Assembly (NCBI RefSeq): GCF_964204865.1
Contig: NC_135257.1
Coordinates: 7,378,001-7,442,000, forward strand
Origin: Styela clava
Lineage: Eukaryota
Reading direction: 5' to 3'
Length of the DNA: 64,000 nt
Of the stretch, positions 54,622 to 64,000 are shown piece by piece (position 1 is the stretch's first letter; every line of letters starts with the position of its first letter). The position numbers and the translations under genes are program-made. The notes below the pieces were generated by a model. That model ran no database searches. It was not told the DNA's origin and saw only the letters and a program-made list of their open reading frames with translations.

Positions 54622-54972
54622 TTGGGGAAACTGACATCACAATTTGAAAAGCGAAATAACGCCACGAATCTGTATATATTTTACATATTTTCTATGTGAT
54701 AGATTTTGGTTTTCTTTTGTTGTTTCTGTCCATGCATTCTTTTGTTTTTTGCGCTCTCATGCTAAAAATGGAGCACCAATAAGTCGTGGAAACGCCTATT
54801 ATGATTCAGTTGAAAATGTCAATTGTATTGCTCGTAGCCTAATGAAGTATCTTCTCATGCTCGATCTGGAATTTTTACATTGTTTCGTTTTTTAAATGCA
54901 CAAGACGAGCATAGTACAATATCGTGATTTTATTGTGTATTCCAAATGGATTGAAAAGATATCGCCCTATTG

Positions 54973-56660
54973 CAGGGGTCGGCAACCTACGGCCCGCGGA
55001 GTAAAATAATCCGACCCGCGACGCTTCAATGAATTATAGCGACAAAACGGCGGTTTTGACGATGAATTAATTTTACAATCTCCGTTTGAGTAGTTGATTA
55101 TATTCTATACACGTAATTGTGAAAAACATGGGGAATAAATTGTATTATAACAGAAAAATTTAATGAAATCGTTTAAAACTCTCTTCCAGCTGTTGACCCA
55201 ATTTATTTGACATGGTCTTTTTAAAGTTATTTTTTTTGTCAACCACTAAGCCCTAAAGCTTCTCTTATGGATTTTTAAAAGCGTGTGCTAGAGTTCTATT
55301 CAGCAATATATTTTTGAAACACACTCCGAAAAAAAAATTTTTTTGCAAAAATATCTCAAAAATTTCTAAAAATAAATTGGACTTTGAGAAATTCTGTGTA
55401 CAGTAGAGGGTTAATAATTAATTCCTAATTAATTAATTTTTTTTTCAACGTTTTCGTCAAGTTTTTCCTAACACAACATCACCGAAACGCCTATTATAGA
55501 ATAAATGGTTATTACTCTGAAATTCACAATTGTATTTACAGGTGTATCAAGTTCAAGGCTAAAATTACTGATTTTGATGACGTCACAGCTCTTATTATTA
55601 CTGCACAGACCACCCCCAACGCAAAAATATTAAATTTTTTCGACGGAAATGCGCGTAGAACGGCGTAAACAATCCCATACGCGCATTTACGCGTTAAAAT
55701 TACCATTAATTTTACGTTTTTTTTAACTACAAAAAATCTCCATACTTCTGCCAACTATGGAGCAGTCGAAATCATATTTATCAAAACAACACAGCGCCAG
55801 GGATGGTCAGGGATAGTATATATGACTGAAAATACATGCTAAACCAACAATAAGTCATTATAAAGGAGTATTTCCTGTCTGAGCTGAGTCGACATTTTCA
55901 GACGTCTGACAGGCGATTTTGAAATCCACGCTATTTATAGCATTCGCACTTTGCGTCACGGCTGGAAGGTTCTATCGCTTCTCTCATATCAGGCGATAAC
56001 GTCAACAAAGAGCTAAGAGCGATATTAACAGTAGTTTACCGAGCACAAAATTAAGCGTAAATATTCTCTCATATGAGCTTAGCCGCTGTAAAAGGGTTTG
56101 AGCCTACAATTTAATTACAATTAGACAAATGGCAAAAAACGCAGAAAAGTTGATGCTGAGTACAGAGGGTTCATTGGCGCAGAACACTTGGCCAGAAAAA
56201 ATGAAACATAACGTCTTTTGAACAATTGAACCGAGGAATAAATGGCCAAAGAAGGAAAAATAGAAGAAATGTTAGAGGATAATATGAAACGTCGTCAAAT
56301 GAGGCGGAACGTTCGTTCTCTTGAAAATGAATGGCTGTTCAGGACTCCGTTTGATGCCGTGGATACGGCTACAGGAAATATTCAAAAGGAACTTCTTGAG
56401 ATGCAATGTAATGTGGAAATGAAACATAACGTCTTTTGAACAATTGAACCGAGGAATAAATGGCCAAAGAAGAAAAAATAGAAGAAATGTTAGAGGATAA
56501 TATGAAACGTCGTCAAATGAGGCGGAACGTTCGTTCTCTTGAAAATGAATGGCTGTTCAGGACTCCGTTTGATGCCGTGGATACGGCTACAGGAAATATT
56601 CAAAAGGAACTTCTTGAGATGCAATGTAATGTGGAAATAAAATTTATATTACAAAGAACA
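54973..56660 (+). mobile_element. internally deleted hAT (Charlie/SPIN-like) transposon with transposase remnants
   Basis: Left end CAGGGGTCGGCAACCTACGGCCCGCG. A frameshifted N-terminus MAK..RKVDAEYRGF at ~56129 is fused to the C-terminal remnant LFRTPFD..NIQKELLEMQCN. No matching right TIR found. Confidence 0.65.
56201..56638 (+). repeat. 218-bp tandem duplication
   Basis: 56201-56418 is repeated at 56419-56636 with about one substitution; this produces the twin ORFs at 56242 and 56460. Confidence 0.95.
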
Positions 56661-57625
56661 AGCTAACAACTATGATTAGTGATGCCCATTCAGTGTTCCA
56701 CCCAGCGCTGGATTAACCAATAAACAATATAAGCACGTGCTTAGGGCACCAAGCAAAGAGGGGCACCACAAAATTTTAGAGCAGAAGTTTATATATAAAT
56801 AGTTTATCGGTGTTTATTAAAATATTACGAGTTCACCAGACAACTCAAACTTCAAATTGTTTGCTTATTTTACTTCTTCAAGTATCATATTAACCTTCTT
56901 TATTAAAAATAAAAACTGGAACCGATTTATTAGACACGAAATGGGCCTATGGGTCATTTTCTTAAATTGTTGTTGTTTTTTCTTTCTAGTAGTCTCCTTG
57001 TTGCAGCATTTTTGTTTTAAAAAAAATTCTTTTTTCGTCAACAGTTGGTCCAATTAACTATTTGCACTATGTGGCAGTTCCACGATCGCATTTCAACGAT
57101 CTAGTTGTCAGCGAGGTCGGGAGTTTTTCGATAAGGTAGACCAGGGTGGTCCAAACCCTGTCATGCTGATACAATCCGTGCGGCTCACAGAACAATTTAG
57201 GCGTATATTTGTATCTAATAGCAGTACGTTTATGAGTTTTTTTCAGCTAGTCCAACTGGGGATGGGATCCCGAGATTTAAACCCCTTTTCTAACGCTTTG
57301 TGCCTTTATTTTAGTAAACCCCATCGTCTGTTTTCAAGCGTGGGCCATGTGACAGTATAGTGACGAAGCGCAGAGCCGACTTAACGCCGCGCAATCCAGT
57401 TTTTTTAGCTAGGTCCCGAAAAACCAACTTAGACGGACTTGGTTGGTATTTGACGATGTCACTAAGATTGCTCACGCTGCAAGTTTTTAAATTGCTCAAT
57501 ATAACAATTCGTAATAAAATGAGTGTTTATTCGCTGTATAATTAAGGTAAGTTCTGGAGCCTTTCTCGGTTCTCGGAGCTTTACCTAAACAGCCGGAGAA
57601 AATCAACACAAACAAGCAAAGGAAT

Positions 57626-59076
57626 ATGGATTATTCAGCAGCCGTCACTTCAACTCCTGCTAGTGAAGACCCAACCACGGAAACAAGAAATGCCAGACCG
57701 AGATCTTTATTTATGAAAACCAACCTGAATCTGGATTTTACCAAACTAATGGGTATACTACGAGAAAGCGATAGTACAAAGGAATATGTTAAACATATTA
57801 AAGGACTATATGAAAGCCGAAAAGGATTATGGATTATCACATTTGCGGCCACTGAAAATCAAAATACTTTCTAAATGCAACCAATGGAGAAATGAGAGTT
57901 AATGACTCTCTAATCTCCATAACTTTGCCCAGTGGAGCCCCAGTACGGATCTCAATAAAAGAAATTCCTGACGAAGCATCGTACGCTAAAGTTGCCGCAA
58001 TAATCAATCAACTGGGCTGTGGCAAAGTTCGAAATGTAATTAGAAACTGACACAGAGGTACCGCTGTTTACAATGGTTTTACATCTTTCTTGATAGAAGA
58101 CTTTAAGAAAGACAAATTACCAGACTTTCTTATGATAAACGGGATAAGATGTAAGACCTATCTCCCACGAGAGATGTATATTCCAACATGTGGGCGGTGC
58201 TTAGAAAGTGGACACACTTTCATAAACTGCGAAAAAGAGGCAGTATGCCGTTATTGCAAGGAGTCGGGGCACATTAGAAAAAACTGTAAACAAAGGGCGA
58301 TGGACTACCCAACGCCCTCAAACCCGATTCAAGCATGGGCCTTGCCTAGACAAAGAAGACCGCAATTAAACAACGTGACGCATACACCTCGTAAAACTAT
58401 AGAACAAAGTAATAAAACGCCCAGGAAAACAAACAACATGGAAGACAAAGCACTCGACAACACACGAAAGGTAATTAATTATAATGAAGACCAATCAACC
58501 AAAAAACAAACATCGGAAAACCCTATAATTAAGGTAGTCCAAAATGACACGGTTTGCGAGTTTTCCTCGTCTGCCTCTGATCTGCACAATACAAAAGAGC
58601 TAAGCGATTGGTCTGTGTGTGAGGATGTCTTAAGTCCACTAAATTCTCCTCAGGAAAACCTACAACCTGAAACACCACCAAAAGACGACGCACAACCCGA
58701 ACCACCATCGAACGGAGTCCAGCAAAAGAAACAAAATAAACCAGTTGGTCTAAGATCCACCTCAACAATAGGAAATACACCGTACCACCCTAAATCAAAA
58801 GGACTCCCCCATGTTAAAGTTATGGTTCACAATATCGAATACCTGGACTCATTGAATTAATCGGTATTTTCAGATACCCCAAGAGAAGTATTATCGGCCC
58901 CAGCTGATTTGGAATCTAAAGAAAACTCCGATCTATCCGAAATAGCATTTGATAATTTGGAATATACAAATAAAAGAAACAGAGAAGATACCTCCTCATC
59001 TGAAACCTCCGAAACAACCAGAAAAGGAAAAAGCAACAGAGCACCAGGCAAGAAAAAGAATACAATGGGCACGTGA
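57626..59076 (+). pseudogene. L1/Tx1-clade LINE ORF1 (gag-like, CCHC zinc knuckles), disrupted
   Basis: CGRCLESGHTFINC and CRYCKESGHIRKNC knuckles; frameshift near 57865, in-frame stops at ~58048 and 58858; low-complexity C-terminus. Confidence 0.85.
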
Positions 59077-59285
59077 CCTAGGATCAGAGACGTCAACACT
59101 TGCAATTCTGGTAGGAAAAAAGGAAACATACGTGAGTAGAAATTGATTTTTCTCTCGATAAATCGAAACAAACACGTTCTAGTGCTGTATTTTCTAAAAT
59201 TATATAATAATGGATAGATCACGAGTCATAACTAATTTTACCACAACCAGGAGCTTAGACCTTTCGGCCGCCTATATAACTCGAT

Positions 59286-62200
59286 ATGGCTAAGTATAAG
59301 ATTGTCTCCCTGAACGCCAATGGTGTTCAACATCACCTAAATAACATTGATAGATTTCTAAAACGAGAAAAGCCGAGAGTTTTATGTGTTCAGGAAGCAC
59401 ATAGGGTCGACAAGGATGTTATATCGCAGTGGGCAAGTGATCAAGGCTACGATGCCTACTTTAACACATTAGACAAAATGGAAAACATTATACTAATTTC
59501 AGACATGGAACCCTAATCTTGGCCAAACATACTAATTCGACTCAGCAGACGGCATACACCGTGCACATCAAACATCGATGTGATAGCCTAGAAATTGAAA
59601 TAGATCAAAAAACTGTGAAGATTTTTAATATTTATGCCCCTGCTCAAAACGGTCCACTTAAAACTGATTTTTACAAACTTTTGACGAATATTATAGGATT
59701 CTATTGTGACGCTACTCAACTACTTCTGGTTGGGGACTTTAATAATGCTCTGGAATCGGTAGACGTCTCGAACACTAATAACTTTAAGTTGCGCCCCCCA
59801 GAGAAAATTTTTAAAAATTTTATCCAGTGTAACAACCTCATAGATACCTTTAGAAATAAATATCCTAAAAAGCAGATCTTCACTTTCTATTTTCATTCCA
59901 ATGGCAGAAGGATAGACCGAATATATAATTCAACCAATTTGGACAGCATCATTTCGACAATAGCACACGTACCCAATACCGTATCAGATCACTTATTATG
60001 TCCGGTAGTAACCCTGACACAAATGGAAAAAGTTAGATGAGGCAGGGGATCGTGGCGGAATAATGTCAAGCTATATCGTGATCCGACCTTTAATGACGTC
60101 ATAAAAAACACCTACCAAGCCGCGACCTTTGGCCTATATAATTTTGATCAAAAAGATCAAAAAACTGTGAAGATTTTTAATATTTATGCCCCTGCTCAAA
60201 ACGGTCCACTTAAAACTGATTTTTACAAACTTTTGACGAATATTATAGGATTCTATTGTGACTCTACTCAACTACTAGTCCGGCAGATAAGGGGACCTTT
60301 TTGGCCCAAGTTTGATTTCAGACATAAAGTTTTTTATATCTGTGATTATTCATCTTGGGGTCATTGCCCATCATTTCTACATGGGTGTGGAGTTTGCAGC
60401 CTTGAGCAATTTTTCTTACGGCTCGATATTTGTAACAGTGTTTTTCGTCAAACCTGTGCATCATAATGACGCACAACCTGAACCATAACCTGTTGCAATA
60501 CTATGTTCAGGTTGTGCGCAATCTTGGTGCACAAACTACGCAAGCACCAAATTTACTAGGAAATAAAATCAATAACTTTTAGGTATTTGTTGAGCCCAGC
60601 TTTGGGTCGCGACCCATATACAGTATATGAAAATACTGTCGAAACATACGCGTAAAATAAAGAGTACTATTTCAAAATACTCGTTTTTGTTGTAATTAAC
60701 AATACAAGCCTGGTAATGCAGTCGCCAGTGGTTCAAGTGGATATACACCCGGTGGAGAACAGTCAATTATTTGTTAGCGAGAATTGTTATGCAGCGGGAT
60801 GATCACGACGACGCAGTGAAAGATAATGATATCACAAGAACAAGAATGAGAAAATTGCTACATTTTATAGTATATCCCTGGGAAAGAATGTAGTTCATTC
60901 TTATGTTCCATGCCAATGCTTTTCAAACTACCAAAGACTCTCAACACTTTTACTTCTTCTCTTCTATAAAAAAACATTATATTATTATGTATATGTTATT
61001 ATATATTCGCATTTCCATCTGTTTGTTCGTGCTCCCAGATAACCGATCAGCGGCCTCCAAGGAGGACGGGGTCCCCTGTTAAGAAACCCTGTCATAAGCT
61101 AAAAAAGGCGACCATGCTTCTCTTGCCTGTTGTCATGCTGTCCCTGGAATTCAGCTACAACAAAAATTTCATGAAAACGGATTTTTAAATTTTATGACTT
61201 TATTAATATTCTCAACAATGAATGATATACGGGTGGGTGGTAAAATGCCAAGTTATTCCAACAACATGATCATGTTTTTGCAATTTACAACCAATATTTT
61301 GTATGTAACTTTGTTTAACAGAGCCCCAAGAGCCCTAACTACAAATATCAAAAATGTGAGGCCAAAAAAGTCACACTACAACATTGTCAAATGTGCTGTA
61401 TTTACGATAGATAACATGTTTACCAAAAAGAATTGAAAAATGAAAATGAAAAATGGTAAATTAAAGATCAATTCAGCAATATCTACTTGGTGATATTGCA
61501 TCTGTTGATGATTTTATGTGTTTTTTTCGGAAGTTTAATAACAGAATTAATTGTGGTTGTTGGGGATGTTTTAAAAAAAGGTTGCATGGAAAAAAGGTTT
61601 CACAAAATGTCAAGGTTTGATAGTAGTAGAGAAGTAGAAAAATACTCCCATGTTTTTTTTTCTCATTTGATAACCACGCCACAGAACTTCCCCGATAAGT
61701 ATACGCAGCAATTGCGAGAAGCAGAAATGCCAAGATGGGATTTCATCGCATTGCAAACCAATATTAGCAATTCCGATATATATTCGCGCATTCCCATCTG
61801 AACAGCGTGGAAAAGATTATACCCATCTACACAATTTAAGAACTATGTCAGATGAGCGTCATATTATCGAATATCAGTAAAGGAATATTGCAATGGGAAA
61901 AGACATATGAGGCGGAACTTTCAGTAGTATGCAATCAAATAATCTTATTGTAGAATATAACTTTAAAAACATTTCGTCACGCCAACTGCAGTCCGAAACT
62001 TTTTTTCTCAGGCTGAGCGCAGATACCAATTGGCACTTATGTAAACTGGTAAGACTGTAAGAGGATGGATCACGCGATGGATCAGATACTAAGAGTATCC
62101 ATCCCCCAGCTGTCATTTGAGTGGGTACTGCTGTTTTTATTGCAGATGTTACTGATCTTTTTGTATTAAAGATTTACTGGCATCACCGATTTAAGGATGT

Positions 62201-64000
62201 TGGAAACCAACACGCAATATTACAAAACTTACTTTCAACACGCGGTTTGAATGAATGAAAAAGCTGAAACTAATATTCTTTAGAACAGCATACAAATTCT
62301 ATGGAATCATACACAAAAACTCGTCAAAAACCTATAGCTCAATAATCAAGTGGAATTTGATGCATGTGCGCAAAAATGGGCGCGTTACTACGTACAACCG
62401 AAGCACGCAGGAAAATGTGTGTGATGTACTAGTATTCAAAACGTTTGACTCAACTATGTTGGCATAACAGGTGCACATCTCGGTTTCGCATACGCATACC
62501 TTCTATCTCCACAAGGATATATTAATTTTGCCAAAATCAATGTAGCTCTGAAAGGTTGCGGTTCTCCCAAAAGAAAACACGTTACACATCTTTAGATACC
62601 AGTGGATGGTTTTACATGGCCTTGTTCCTTGTTCGGAGTGAAAGACGAGGTCAAATATTCCAATCCAATTCAACTAATAAAATATTTCCCAAGTCCCTAA
62701 GCTTAAACTAGGAAAACGAAATGCGCGCAGCAACGCAAATGTAGTTTGAAGAGCGCAATAGAAAGTGGCTAGATACTGTCGATGGATCTTGGCTTGTATT
62801 AGCGAAATAAACTATCATTTTTTCTACTAAAATTGAATTTCTGACATTGTAAGGAGATTCAATGTTACTATGTATGCAAAACTAAACCATGTAGTTATGA
62901 AATAATTGTTTTTAACAAAAGGGCGCTCCTGAAGTATTCGTACCAAGATGGCGCACAACCTGAATATTGTATGCTTACCAGGTGGGGGTTCAGGATGTGC
63001 GTCATCTTGGACCGAATACTTTAAATCCACTTAAAAAAAATTGCTCAACATTATATACTCCACACCCACCTGGGTATCATTATATATGTCATATACATTA
63101 TATCTAAACAATAAAAAAAACTTTATGTCCCAAAACAATGTTAAGGCCCGATTCTGCCGGACTATACTTCTGGTTGGGGACTTTAATAATGCTCTGGAAT
63201 CGGTAGACGTCTCGAACAATAATAACTTTAAGTTGCGCCCCCCAGAAAAATTTTTTAAAAATTTTATCTAGTGTAACAACCTCATAGATACCTTTAGAAA
63301 TAAATATCCTAAAAAGCAGATCTTCACTTTCTATTTTCATTCCAATGGCAGAAGGATAGACCGAATATATAATTCAACCAATTTGGACAGCATCATTTCG
63401 ACAATAGCACACGTACCCAGTACCGTATCGGATCACTTATTATGTCCGGTAGTAACCCTGACACAAATGGAAAAAGTTAGATGGGGCAGGGGATCGTGGC
63501 GGAATAATGTCAAGCTATATCGTGATCCGACCTTTAATGACGTCATAAAAAACACCTACCAAGCCGCGACCTTTGGCCTATATAATTTTGATACCCCACA
63601 AGAATGGTGGGATGATGTAAAATTCAAAATTAAAAAACAGTCCATAGCATATTCAATAGATTTGGCCCGAAATAAAAGAAATGAAACCACATTAGTTCGA
63701 AAAACGCTCCTAGAACTAATAAACGAAGGAAAACAAGAAAATGCCGTGAAAATCGTTGAATTGAAAATGCGACTTAGGGCCGTTGAAGAAGAACAAAATG
63801 CGCGGGACACACTAATAGCAAAAATGAAAGATCTAGAAGAAGGCGAAAAACCAACATCAACCTTCTATGGAAGAATAAGAAAAAGAGCAAAAAAGATTAC
63901 CATTGACAAATTAGAGACCGACAACCAAACTGTGGCAACCGATCAGGACGAGATTCTAACAACAGTCGAGAGCTTTTACACAAACCTATGGGGTGTGAGT
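59286..64000 (+). mobile_element. L1/Tx1-clade LINE ORF2 (APE endonuclease and linker; RT beyond window), disrupted
   Basis: IVSLNANG, LCVQEAH, NIYAPA, LLVGDFNN, LIDTFR, RIDRIY, SDH; after 63271 WGRGSWRNN, EWWDDVKFKIK, EEGEKPTSTFY, ESFYTNLW. Frameshift near 59480; interrupted by a duplication and an insertion. Confidence 0.92.
60276..63164. mobile_element. 2.9-kb non-autonomous DNA transposon with TAG termini and 3-bp TSD (Academ-like)
   Basis: TIR TAGTCCGGCAGA / TCTGCCGGACTA; TAC duplicated at 60273-60275 and 63165-63167. The empty site CAACTACTTCTGG is preserved at ~59717-59729. Confidence 0.85.

Noticed and set aside
56242-56666. Twin 65-68 aa ORFs as a duplicated small gene
   Set aside because: They are hAT transposase remnants created by a 218-bp tandem duplication.
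1-64000. CRISPR arrays, rRNA/tRNA genes, prokaryotic operons or defence systems
   Set aside because: The DNA is spliceosomal-intron-containing eukaryotic sequence. No regularly spaced repeat-spacer array or structured RNA gene was recognised by eye; tRNAscan-SE/Infernal would be needed to exclude them formally.

Overview
AT-rich (roughly 33-35% GC by eye), intron-rich eukaryotic DNA with short GT-AG introns and many non-autonomous transposons. It looks like a marine invertebrate, plausibly an ascidian, but the taxon is only inferred. I assembled the genes by hand from exon fragments, so splice coordinates are approximate. (1) 1-21.1 kb: three tandem minus-strand paralogs (the first seen only as its first two exons). 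The two complete copies encode ~640-aa proteins with an N-terminal vWA domain with intact MIDAS residues, a beta-rich plus helical (Vwaint-like) middle and a single C-terminal BRCT domain. I cannot match this architecture to a named animal gene, and it is the main candidate for an undescribed system. (2) 22.4-30.9 kb: a head-to-head pair of CD20/MS4A-like four-transmembrane genes sharing an LTCTAGGAC motif. (3) 32.8-54.6 kb: two SLC17/sialin-like transporter genes that lack the conserved TM4 acidic and His residues. Between them lies a secreted SOUL/HEBP-family gene with a large loop insertion, preceded by a dense cluster of C/EBP-type motifs. (4) 55-64 kb: a transposon nest with hAT remnants and a decayed L1/Tx1 LINE, whose endonuclease region is tandemly duplicated and interrupted by a 2.9-kb TAG-ended (Academ-like) element with a 3-bp TSD.
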